NCBI GenBank assembly: GCA_001773695.1
Contig: MEXN01000005.1
Location: 3,687-67,686, forward strand
Origin: Candidatus Amesbacteria bacterium RIFCSPLOWO2_01_FULL_48_25
GTDB lineage: Bacteria; Patescibacteriota; Microgenomatia; CAZETR01; Amesbacteraceae
DNA: 64,000 bases
Reading direction: 5' to 3'
Of this stretch, positions 18,439-27,718 are shown piece after piece. The notes beneath the pieces were generated by a model. That model did not search any database. It was not told where the DNA came from and saw only the letters and a list, made by a program, of their open reading frames with translations. Each line of letters starts with the position of its first letter. Position 1 is the first letter of the stretch. Both the position numbers and the translations under genes were made by a program.

Positions 18439-19156
18439 ATTTGCAATTGTTACGGGTGCGTCTACAGGGATTGGGAGAGCCGTGGCGGTGGAATTGGGAA
18501 AAAAGGGATATATGGTTGGATTGGTAGCCAGGAGAAAGGAAAAGATGGAGGAGACGAAGAAGATGGTTGAGAAAGTGGGGGGCGTGGCAGAAGTGTTCGT
18601 TTACGACCTGGCTAATGTGTTACAAGTTACTAATTTGATACAGAAAGTTAAGGAGTGGACTGGCAGATTGGATGTTTTGGTGTATGTGGCGGGAGTGTGG
18701 CATGGTGAGGGAGAAGTTTACGCTGGGAAAGAATTTGCCACTTTTGACCAGAAAGTGATTTTGGATACTTATGCGGTGGGATTTACTGCCCCGACACTTA
18801 TGGTTCATGGATTGTTACCAATAATGGGTCAGGGGAGTGTGATTGTGAACTTGTCCGGTACCTTTGAGAATGGAGCCAAGGGTTGGTTGCCATACTTTGC
18901 GTCTAAACGGGCACTGGAGGACTTTACTTTGGGTCTGGCGGAGGAGTTAAAGGATAAGGGAATAAGGGCGAATTGTGTGTCGCCGTCGGATACGGCGACG
19001 GAAGAATACAAGAAATATTTCCCGGAGGACGCTAAGGACGCCAACTTGGTTGAGGATGTAGCTAGGGTTATTGTCGAGATGATAGAAAGTGGGGAGAGTG
19101 GAAAATTTCTGGGGATAAAGAGGGGGAGATCGACTTTTGAGGCATTTCACAAGTAG
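18422..19156 (+). CDS. short-chain dehydrogenase/reductase (SDR) family oxidoreductase
   Basis: 'AIVTGASTGIGRAVA' TGxxxGxG cofactor motif; 'YFASKRALEDF' YxxxK catalytic motif. Confidence 0.8.
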   Translation: MKLKDKFAIVTGASTGIGRAVAVELGKKGYMVGLVARRKEKMEETKKMVEKVGGVAEVFVYDLANVLQVTNLIQKVKEWTGRLDVLVYVAGVWHGEGEVYAGKEFATFDQKVILDTYAVGFTAPTLMVHGLLPIMGQGSVIVNLSGTFENGAKGWLPYFASKRALEDFTLGLAEELKDKGIRANCVSPSDTATEEYKKYFPEDAKDANLVEDVARVIVEMIESGESGKFLGIKRGRSTFEAFHK

Positions 19157-19181
19157 CTTGTAGATATGTTTTGCAAAAAAG

Positions 19182-20135
19182 ATGAATTCTCCTGTTAGGA
19201 AAGTCAGCAAGCCAAATACACCAATTCTTTGGTTTGATACGGGGTTTATTTGGAGTCGCCGAAACGATTTAAATTTTTGGCAACAACTCTCCACTGTCAT
19301 TTTGGGTAGGAAAGTAATTGTGGTTGACACTGGGCAGTTCACAGAAATACAGGAGCGTTATTCATCGAAATTTACTATGAATCCAGAGTCGGAACTCTTG
19401 CTTAGACGGTATGAACTCTTAGTTCAAGACTACTCTTCGACGGATCATAACAGTTTTCTTAGTAAACAAATCTCAAGAGCCATGAAAGCATGTGTCGAGC
19501 AGAAGGACGAAGTAATATATGATTTTTATGATTTGTTTGACCCACTAATTAACTTTTTGACGCCTTTTTTGGATATCCAAAATAGATTATTTAAGAGAAG
19601 GTGGGGTACTCCAAGTGCTTTCAAATCACTTAGTAAAAGCATGGCCGATGATTGGGAATCCCTAGGTAGTCAAGCTAAATCTAAGAGGATTAGCCTTTTG
19701 AAACAGCGAGAGCTAGAGTTACTTGGTCTTCACGAAGCTCTTAAGAAGGTGATTGAATCCGGTGACCAAGTTAAGATGGAAAACTTAGTGAAACATCACT
19801 TAAGGAATTGGGAAAATGCATCAGGTGAAAGCAGTATTGATTCAATGCTTGGATTTTTCAAGTCGCCATATTACAAGACTATTCCTTATATTGAAATTCA
19901 TTCTTGGCTCATTTCTGACCTAATGACATCTAACAAATCAAGGAAATTTAATCGGGGGGACTACTTTGATGTTGTAATGATTTCTATGATGTACCCTTTT
20001 GCAGATTATATGGTGGTGGATAATGATATGAGGGATCGTATTGTTGATAAGCTTAAATTCTCTAAGAGGTACCCAGAGTTTACATGCAGTCTGATAGCTC
20101 CTGGAGAAGTGGATGAATTGTTAAGAAAACTATGA
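19182..20135 (+). CDS. hypothetical protein (317 aa), no recognisable motif
   Basis: long ORF only. Confidence 0.45.
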   Translation: MNSPVRKVSKPNTPILWFDTGFIWSRRNDLNFWQQLSTVILGRKVIVVDTGQFTEIQERYSSKFTMNPESELLLRRYELLVQDYSSTDHNSFLSKQISRAMKACVEQKDEVIYDFYDLFDPLINFLTPFLDIQNRLFKRRWGTPSAFKSLSKSMADDWESLGSQAKSKRISLLKQRELELLGLHEALKKVIESGDQVKMENLVKHHLRNWENASGESSIDSMLGFFKSPYYKTIPYIEIHSWLISDLMTSNKSRKFNRGDYFDVVMISMMYPFADYMVVDNDMRDRIVDKLKFSKRYPEFTCSLIAPGEVDELLRKL

Positions 20136-20334
20136 CTGACTTTTTAGGGATAGAGGGTTTCATTGCTCAATTTTAGTACTTTGTACTGCCAAATAGGGGG
20201 TATGGCCGCAAATGAGCCTCGTCGGGTAGGAGATATACTACTTCCCTCCTCCTAATACGAAGATTGGATTTTTAGAAAAAAGTCGGGTCTTACGGTTAGT
20301 CTATGAGACTGTAGTTAAACAGTGAAAGAGTAAC

Positions 20335-21033
20335 TTAAGATTTTATTTCCATGTCAGAATCGTTTGTTGTAGGTATAGAAGTAGGAGTGGGAGAATAGTA
20401 TTCAGGAATATTCATGTTCTCTTCAGGACAGTCTGGAGGAGGAACTTGGGCAAAGTACTTTCTCCAGTCCTTTATTTCCAGCCCCTTATCAAACGCATCA
20501 AAGTATAAATCTTGGTTTGCCCACCTTTCCTCCTGGAACTTACTCATTAATTCTGTTGGACTACCTTCAAACTGGAATTCCGTGCCGGTTTCTTTGGCCT
20601 TGTCTCCTGCTTTATTCATATCGCTGACTACCTTGTAATATTTGTAATACGCTTCATACATGGCTAGCTGATACTTCCCGGCAGTCTTTACGTAATCAGG
20701 AGCAAGAAGTTTGAAATCCCAGCGATTCATAAAGGCACTTTGTTTGTCTAACCAGTTTCTCTCCAGCTCGATATACTTGTCGGCAGAAGTTAAGAGTACA
20801 CCAAGGTCGCCGCTAAACTGCTCAGCAGATGGTGTTGCTCGACCTGACACAGCAGCTCCAAGTGCCAGATGAGTATTTCTGACTTTGATAAGAGTGGGAT
20901 TCACGCTGTTGCAGCGATCGTTGAATAATTTCCAACCCTCTATGGCCAACGAGTGGTATTTGTATGTGTATATACCAAGTCCTAACGCTCCAACTAATAA
21001 AGTTGCCAATATAAATTTAAATATCAGTTTCAT
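20335..21033 (-). CDS. hypothetical N-terminally anchored/secreted protein (232 aa)
   Basis: N-terminal TM/signal 'FKFILATLLVGALGLGIY'; flanked by ~50-bp imperfect direct repeats. Confidence 0.45.
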   Translation of the reverse strand: MKLIFKFILATLLVGALGLGIYTYKYHSLAIEGWKLFNDRCNSVNPTLIKVRNTHLALGAAVSGRATPSAEQFSGDLGVLLTSADKYIELERNWLDKQSAFMNRWDFKLLAPDYVKTAGKYQLAMYEAYYKYYKVVSDMNKAGDKAKETGTEFQFEGSPTELMSKFQEERWANQDLYFDAFDKGLEIKDWRKYFAQVPPPDCPEENMNIPEYYSPTPTSIPTTNDSDMEIKS

Positions 21034-21325
21034 AAATTATGGGTAGATTCTAACACTCTAGGGTCAGTTTACGGTATACAATTTGTTTTGGATGGTTGTC
21101 ATTGCAGAGGGGGGTATACCCGCAAAATGAGCCTCTTCCCCACGAGGTACTTCCTCCTACCCAAACACATCTTTCAGACAGTTTTCTAATTTCAAAAAAA
21201 GGATGCTTATTTTCCAAAATCAAATACCACCCTATATTTTTTGGAAAAATAACAATTTTCCAATTAGTAAAGTATTTATTTTCTATGGCTAACCTGAGCC
21301 TGTCTAATTGATCTATAATTAACCT

Positions 21326-21796
21326 ATGAAAAATAAAGTTAAACCGACAGAGAAACAGAAACTTGCAGTGATGGGGATATTGCAAGGCAAGTCAGCCAGA
21401 AGAGCCATGATTGACGCTAAGTATACGGAGGTATCAGCATCACACCCTAAGCAGAACCTCATCGACAGGCCAGGGGTGCAGTCCTATGTGGCAAAACTGG
21501 ACAAGGCCTCCCAGGCAAAGTTTGGCATATCCCTGGAAAGTAAGATGATTGACACCACTCTGGAAGGCCTGGAAGCCACCAAGCTATTCGGGAAGGATGC
21601 AGTAAAGCATCCGGACTGGGGATCCAGATATAACTTCCTGAAACTGGTGAGTGATGTCACTGGTAAAACTAAATCCTCAGAGCCAACCTCAGAAACAAAC
21701 CAGCAATATAATTTCTTCCAAGTCAACACAGTCGAACGAGAGGCTTTCCATAATAAATTGAAGGAGTTTTTAAGGAAGAATAATGACAAAGAATAA
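21326..21796 (+). CDS. phage terminase small-subunit-like protein (HTH N-terminus)
   Basis: N-terminal 'PTEKQKLAVMGILQGKSARRAMIDAKYTEVSA' resembles TerS/P27-family DNA-binding region; moderate. Confidence 0.4.
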   Translation: MKNKVKPTEKQKLAVMGILQGKSARRAMIDAKYTEVSASHPKQNLIDRPGVQSYVAKLDKASQAKFGISLESKMIDTTLEGLEATKLFGKDAVKHPDWGSRYNFLKLVSDVTGKTKSSEPTSETNQQYNFFQVNTVEREAFHNKLKEFLRKNNDKE

Positions 21797-22347
21797 AAGC
21801 GGTTGCGGTTCAAAGGGGGAAGAAAGGTGAGCGTGGGGACAGAGCTACCGCTGTGTGCAAACTTTTCTAATTATTACTTTAACAAGAAAGTTTTACTATT
21901 TATTTTGCTTCTTTCCTTTTATAAGTTGGCATAAAATACAATTCTGCTTCCACTTCCTTATTCTTTTTCTCCAAATACAGCTCCGGGTTTTGCTTAACCA
22001 TCTCCACCAACTCGCTCACAATATTGTTCAGACTGATTAAAAACACCAGCTTCTTCTTCTTCTTTTGTGGCGGTTCTACTGTCTGGTCTTTTGGAAGTTT
22101 GTGAGCCTTTTCTCACTGTGACTTAGACATTCCCGTAAACATCTGAAAACCCGCTATACCGTCTTTTCCAATTAGGTCTTCCATAAGTTGCTTCATACGG
22201 CTCATGCTGCCTCCTTTTTTGGATATTCCGGTTTTTTCCGAAAGAAAATTACCTGTGTTTTATCAGATTCCCTTTCCTCAAGTAGTCTTCCCTCTTCCTT
22301 TGCTTTTTTGTTTAATTTATCAATGAATTGCTGAGTAGTAAGTTTTT

Positions 22348-22560
22348 TCACTCGTATCCTTTCTCATCCAGACATCTTTTTCTAAGACTTTGATACTGAT
22401 CGAATGTAAAACTCGCTCCCTTTGAAATTGCAGTATTTGCTAGATCAGAGGCATATTTCCAACACACTTTTCTGTCTTCGGTTGGCCGCCATTGGAACCA
22501 ATAAAACAATCCAGTTAGTAAAAGTAGGATAAGAATAGTTAATAATTCCTTATATTTCAT
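22348..22560 (-). CDS. small single-TM protein, paralog of 22575..22889 (shared 'FYWFQWR' juxtamembrane motif)
   Basis: 'LILLLLTGLFYWFQWRPTEDRKVCWKY' vs neighbour 'VWFYWFQWRTSKIRKECYQK'. Confidence 0.45.
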   Translation of the reverse strand: MKYKELLTILILLLLTGLFYWFQWRPTEDRKVCWKYASDLANTAISKGASFTFDQYQSLRKRCLDEKGYE

Positions 22561-22574
22561 TTATAACTTAAAAA

Positions 22575-22889
22575 TTATATTTTCATTCCATTTTTGAGTA
22601 AACATTGGTTGTACCAACCCTCTACTGTTTTTTGTGAAGTTAAACGGTGCCACCAGCCCCATTTGGCATCCCAGCGGTCTTGCAATGGGTTTGGCATCCA
22701 ATCTTTTCCCCAGGCCCACTTGTCGTCTCCGCTCCGATTACTTTCATTTCTATATTCGTCTATAGCGAAGGATTTTTGGTAACACTCTTTCCTAATTTTT
22801 GAAGTTCGCCATTGAAACCAGTAGAACCATACGGAAGCAGCAATAACTAGTAGGGCAAGAATTAAATAGACCGGCCCATTGTTTTTCAT
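22575..22889 (-). CDS. small single-TM, Trp-rich protein, paralog of 22348..22560
   Basis: see paralog; Trp-rich ectodomain 'DKWAWGKDWMPNPLQDRWDAKWGWWHR'. Confidence 0.45.
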   Translation of the reverse strand: MKNNGPVYLILALLVIAASVWFYWFQWRTSKIRKECYQKSFAIDEYRNESNRSGDDKWAWGKDWMPNPLQDRWDAKWGWWHRLTSQKTVEGWYNQCLLKNGMKI

Positions 22890-23010
22890 GGAAGTATTGA
22901 GAGTATTTTACCATTATTGGCTGATTATTGGGAATTATGCAGAACTAATGCTGAATAATTACAAGGTTTTTTGTCCACAGTGATAAAATCGGCAAAGATG
23001 AAGATTAAGT

Positions 23011-23463
23011 ATGAAAATGGATATCAATAGCCATCTGTCCTATCTTTCCTATAAAGAGGATTGCTTGAAAAAAGGGATAGTCCCTGAACCTGAAATCCCC
23101 TTAGAAATAAGTAATAATCCATACGTTCTTGGTTCCAAGGCCGATATTTACCCAGCACAAGAAGTATTACCTTCCAATACAATATCCAAACGATTTATGG
23201 GGGAGAACAGGCAAAAGATTATTGCCCTCATTGAAAACTCAGGTTTGAAAAGGAAAAACCAGATCAAAGTTTATTTGAATAGGCTCAGCGGCTTCGATTA
23301 CGTAGCTGTGGGTGGACTTATAGGAAAGAAATACCAGCCAAAAAACCGGTCCAGCCTAAGAAATTTGGAGTTTAGAGTTAGGAAATTTCTTAAACCAGGT
23401 TTTTATATAGAAACCGAGAAAAATAAGCCTTACCGAAGAAAGTTGATTTCTCTAACTGATTAA
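23011..23463 (+). CDS. hypothetical protein (150 aa)
   Basis: ORF only. Confidence 0.35.
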   Translation: MKMDINSHLSYLSYKEDCLKKGIVPEPEIPLEISNNPYVLGSKADIYPAQEVLPSNTISKRFMGENRQKIIALIENSGLKRKNQIKVYLNRLSGFDYVAVGGLIGKKYQPKNRSSLRNLEFRVRKFLKPGFYIETEKNKPYRRKLISLTD

Positions 23464-24100
23464 TTTCGAGAGAAAATAATACTTAGCTTCATTTCTTCTG
23501 CGTAATCTAATACCACCCTCCCTGGATTTTTTGAAAATAGCCTTGATTTCTAACGCTTCCAGTAGTGACTTCTAACTTTTGACCCGATTATCCTGTGGAA
23601 ATATGAATATGGGTGAATCATCAAATGTTTATGAAAGTGAAGACGAGCAAATTGCACCGATTTTGTTGACACGTCTGGGAAGAAATGTAACCGATGAAGA
23701 GGTGGTTGAGGCTAAATTTAATTTAAGTGGTTTTGCCAAAGTGTTGTTAAAGATGGCGATGGAGAGGAAGTATGGAAGGGCTAATAATTAGAGTCGTTAT
23801 TCCCATCTCTGATTTCCCCAGATTCAGGATTTCTAACCCTTTTACTGGCAGGGTGTCGTATCGGAAAACTATACGGGGAACATGGGACCTTCTGGAAAAG
23901 CGTTTTACCTCCGTTTGCAAGGCTGGCTCGGGGCATAAAACGGCTGTTTTGGTAAAAGATGGCTTGGGACACATCAACGAAACTTATGAGAGTTCAAATC
24001 CCGGATACCTGGGCTTTGCGGCGAGGTGCTTCTTGGAAGAGTTTATGAAATCCGGTATGCGGAGGAGGTTGGAGGTTGACTATCCACCTACTGATGAAAT

Positions 24101-24331
24101 ATGAATAGCTATAAAACCAAAGATTTGTATGAGGCGGCGTTGCTGTATGCAATTGGTGTACGACTGACTGGACTTGAGGGAGAGCCTAGACAGTTATGGT
24201 TTGTGTTTGAGAGACGGGAGGATACACAGCGATTGGCAGATTCCTACTGGGCAGGGGAGGTGAAGGTTGTAGCCAAACGATATGCCGATGCTATTCGATC
24301 GTTAAAGGATAGGTTGTTTGCGAGGGGGTAG
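24101..24331 (+). CDS. small hypothetical protein typical of phage/mobile-element cargo (76 aa)
   Basis: ORF; start overlaps previous ORF stop (ATGA). Confidence 0.35.
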   Translation: MNSYKTKDLYEAALLYAIGVRLTGLEGEPRQLWFVFERREDTQRLADSYWAGEVKVVAKRYADAIRSLKDRLFARG

Positions 24332-24339
24332 AGATTAGT

Positions 24340-24702
24340 ATGGAGATGAATATAAAAAGAATTGCTTTTCAGGACTGGCGAATAGAAACGCTGGAAATTC
24401 AGATTAGGCCGGTGGTGAGAGGGGATAAGATAAGAGCGTTTGTGGTTTGGACTTTCAAGACTTCGAAGGGAGATTTGAAAATAAGAGGCGGGACAATCAA
24501 ATTAAAAGAGTTGCCAAGTGGAGAGGAGCTGCTATCGTTTGACGCTCCGGCATATAGAGCTGGCCCTCGATATTTCAAGTCCTTTTTTCTGGAAAGCGAT
24601 GAGTTTCGTCGGATTTGTGCGGAAACGGTTAAGTTTTACTGTGAACAAACCGGCGAGGTTCCGCCGAATTATATTTTTTTGGATGGAGATGGCCAGAGAT
24701 AG
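24340..24702 (+). CDS. SpoVG-like small beta-rich protein (tentative)
   Basis: 'IETLEIQIRPVVRGDKIRAFVVWTFKTSKGDLKIRGGTIK' loosely resembles SpoVG fold sequences; weak. Confidence 0.3.
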   Translation: MEMNIKRIAFQDWRIETLEIQIRPVVRGDKIRAFVVWTFKTSKGDLKIRGGTIKLKELPSGEELLSFDAPAYRAGPRYFKSFFLESDEFRRICAETVKFYCEQTGEVPPNYIFLDGDGQR

Positions 24703-24811
24703 TAACCATAATAGTAACTATATGGTAACGGTGACTATATGGTTACAGTAGCTATCTCTTGTAAGAAATGAGTATTAGTTATATAACAGTATTAGTGTTT
24801 TAGAACTGAAG

Positions 24812-26362
24812 ATGAATATGAAAGCGGTACTGTATGCCAGGGTGTCCAGTAGAGAGCAGGAGCAGGGGTATTCATTGGCGGCACAGACAAAGTTGATTAA
24901 GGATTATGCGGAGAGGAACGGTGTTGAGATAATTAGACAATTTGTTTGTTCAGAAAGTGCAAAGGAGGATGGTAGGAAGGTATTTTCCGAGATGGTTGAG
25001 TTTCTAAAAACGAAGCCAGACGTGGAGCTTTTGCTATGCGAGAAGGTCGATAGACTTCTAAGGGGGAATCTGAAAGACAGAGTAGAAGTGGACGACTTGG
25101 TGAGTAAGTATGAAAAGAAAGTAGTGTTTGTAAAGGATGGCACGTCCTACTCTGGGGATTCAAAATCGACGGAAAAATTGACTTATGGAATTCAGGCAGA
25201 GCTGGCGAGGTTTTACCTAAATAACTTGTCTGATGAAGTGAAAAAAGGTTTGACGGAGAAGGCGTCCAGGGGTGAGTATCCGGGTACTCCGCCGTTTGGC
25301 TACGTGAGGAAGGAGGGTAAGATTTTAGTGCATCCGGAGACTTCGGTGGCAGTGAGAAAGGCGTTTGAGTGGTACGCCTCCGGTTCTTACTCGATAAGGC
25401 AGCTTAGGAATAAGCTGGTTGCGGAAGGGTTGGCAACTAAGCTAAACAAGGGGATATTGGGAAGCAGCGATGTGGGCCACATGCTAAGAAATCCGTTTTA
25501 CTATGGGGAGTTTAGGTGGAATGGGAAGGTTTACCCCAGTAACAGTACTTATGAACCGTTGATGAGCAGGGATTTGTGGAATAGAGTGCAGGAAACATTA
25601 GATGAGCAGAATAAACCCAGGACTCGGAGGCATAACTTTAACTTCACCATGTTGTTGCGATGTGGGGAGTGCGGGTACAGCGTGACGGCGGAGAAGAAGA
25701 CTAAATTTTACAAGAAGACTGACAGGAAGGCCGAATACACTTACTATCATTGCACTAGGCCCGATTACGGACGGATAAAATGCCATCAGAAGCCAATTAC
25801 GGAGGAGGAGATGGTGGGCCAACTTACTGGAATTGTGGATTCCATTTCAATTACGGAGGAAGTGGTGGAATTGATGAAAAGTATTCTGCGAAAGGGAGTT
25901 GATGAGGAGCACGTGTATCACACTCAAGCCATTGAAGCTCTAAGTCAGAGATATAAGGAATTTCAGGAGAAAAAGCGGAGGTTGCTGGATGGGTATTTGG
26001 ATGGTGCCGTTAAAGAGGCAACATACCAGGAGAAGGATGAGGAATTGGAAAGGGAACTAAGGGAGGTCGTGGCTCAAAGAGAGAAGCACGAAAGTGGAAA
26101 TAGAGTCTACTATGAGCAAATTGAGAATTTCATTGAAGTGTGCCACCGGGCTCCGGAACTATTCAGAAGTTCCAGTCCTAAGCTAAAACGGGAACTTTTG
26201 AGGTATGTTGTATCGGACCTCCGGTTGATAGACGGAAAAGTCCTATGTACCTACAAATTTCCGTTCTCGGAACTTCTGAAAACAAAGGAAAATGGTAATT
26301 GGCAGGGGCGGAAGGAATCGGACCTTCGTCATTGGTTTTGGAGACCAAGAGCCTACCACTGA
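24812..26362 (+). CDS. large serine recombinase (resolvase/invertase N-domain + recombinase domain + zinc-ribbon + coiled coil)
   Basis: 'AVLYARVSSREQEQGYSLAAQ' catalytic-Ser motif; 'LLRCGECGYSV...YYHCTRPD' zinc ribbon; long coiled-coil C-terminus. Confidence 0.85.
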   Translation: MNMKAVLYARVSSREQEQGYSLAAQTKLIKDYAERNGVEIIRQFVCSESAKEDGRKVFSEMVEFLKTKPDVELLLCEKVDRLLRGNLKDRVEVDDLVSKYEKKVVFVKDGTSYSGDSKSTEKLTYGIQAELARFYLNNLSDEVKKGLTEKASRGEYPGTPPFGYVRKEGKILVHPETSVAVRKAFEWYASGSYSIRQLRNKLVAEGLATKLNKGILGSSDVGHMLRNPFYYGEFRWNGKVYPSNSTYEPLMSRDLWNRVQETLDEQNKPRTRRHNFNFTMLLRCGECGYSVTAEKKTKFYKKTDRKAEYTYYHCTRPDYGRIKCHQKPITEEEMVGQLTGIVDSISITEEVVELMKSILRKGVDEEHVYHTQAIEALSQRYKEFQEKKRRLLDGYLDGAVKEATYQEKDEELERELREVVAQREKHESGNRVYYEQIENFIEVCHRAPELFRSSSPKLKRELLRYVVSDLRLIDGKVLCTYKFPFSELLKTKENGNWQGRKESDLRHWFWRPRAYH

Positions 26363-26759
26363 CTGACGCCCCTATGATGATAGGATTTTAGCATTTTTGA
26401 CGGTGGGCTTGACGGGTGGAGTAAGATTGAGAATGTGGCGTGTGGGCTAATAGCCATTGCATCGGCTAAGTAGGGGGAGTAGTATTCTGGCTGGTGGGAG
26501 CAGAGATTACTTGTCAGAGAGTGTGGATTTCAAGGTTGGATATAGCAAAGTTGCTGCGGGCTTTATGGGGGCAGGGAGACGATAAAGCGGTGCGGGCGGC
26601 GAGGATTTTGAACCAAGTGAGGATGGTTCGGGAAGAGTGTCCGTTGGCTGGGAAGAATGGATGTGATCCGGCGAAATGCCCGGCGGGGTACATAGTGGAG
26701 ATGGGTAGGGAGTGATTTTGGTGTTGACAAATGTTAATCAGTGAGAGATTATTGCAGCC

Positions 26760-27095
26760 ATGGTGAGGCGGTTTCCTAAAGCGCAAAATTATCTGGACAC
26801 GGTTGATTGGATGCGCGCGGATGAGCTGGATAGGATTGCCCGGGAGCTTCTAAACGATGGGGCGTTTTTTGAAAGAGTGGACGATGTATTGGGGCGCAAG
26901 TTCCGGCACGGGAAGACGGAAACGACGGGGATGGACCGGGACGGGAGGTTGGCCAAGATTCGTCGGGAAACCCTCCAAGGGAAGTGGTTTAGATACATGA
27001 TTGAGGGGGCTAATGGGCAGTGGTACGAGCCGGAGGAGAAAATTTGGGTGTTGGCTATGGTGGAACTCTTTCGGAGGAGAAAGAAGACTACTTGA
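26760..27095 (+). CDS. hypothetical protein (111 aa)
   Basis: ORF only. Confidence 0.35.
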   Translation: MVRRFPKAQNYLDTVDWMRADELDRIARELLNDGAFFERVDDVLGRKFRHGKTETTGMDRDGRLAKIRRETLQGKWFRYMIEGANGQWYEPEEKIWVLAMVELFRRRKKTT

Positions 27096-27279
27096 GTTTA
27101 GACGACTCCTTGTGAAGCTGGTATTTTCGGCAGTGGCGGCAATATTTTTTTAGCTCCAGCTTATCGGGAGTGTTGATTTTGTTTTTCTGACTAAGGTAAT
27201 TTTGGGACTTGCAGACCGAGCAGATAAACGCGAAATATTGACGGGCGCCTTTTTTAGCCATGGGGGGATTTTAGTTTAA

Positions 27280-27316
27280 AAGGCACTCCCTTGGCAAGGG
27301 GGAGTGCTTTTGGGAT
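27280..27316. terminator. bidirectional rho-independent terminator (GC hairpin GCACTCCC-TTGGCAA-GGGGGAGTGC flanked by A/T runs on both sides)
   Basis: perfect 8-9 bp GC-rich stem with T-tract downstream on both strands, located between convergent genes 26760..27095(+) and 27327..27650(-). Confidence 0.6.
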
Positions 27317-27326
27317 CAGTTTCTAT

Positions 27327-27650
27327 TTATTGCAGCGGTTGAACTTGGTTGGGGTCTAGCGGAGATGCAACCGCTGGAGCAGCGGGAGTTGCCGGAGTTA
27401 TCGGTACTGTCGGAGCCGCGGTGGCTGTAGTACCCATAGTCATGTCTGGAATTGATGCCGGAATCACTGGAGGTACGGGAGATATGGCTTCCATTGGTTC
27501 TGCCGAAGTTGAGGTGATGGGCATGGCGGCAGTACTAACGGCTGGGTTTTCGGTGCCGCAATTTTGGCAGACCCAGACTTTGGAGCCGTCGGTAAGCGCG
27601 ACCTCTTGGCAGTTGACGCACTTGATTTGAGATTGATCCAAAGAAATCAC
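27327..27650 (-). CDS. zinc-ribbon protein with Pro/Thr/Ala-rich C-terminal tail
   Basis: 'CVNCQEVALTDGSKVWVCQNCGTEN' C-x2-C...C-x2-C ribbon; divergent from pilB-like gene. Confidence 0.45.
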   Translation of the reverse strand: MISLDQSQIKCVNCQEVALTDGSKVWVCQNCGTENPAVSTAAMPITSTSAEPMEAISPVPPVIPASIPDMTMGTTATAAPTVPITPATPAAPAVASPLDPNQVQPLQ

Positions 27651-27718
27651 CGCCTTTCGTTAATATTCAATGTTTAATATTTAGTGTTTAATAGTATTTA
27701 TAATAAACCATCCTTGAC

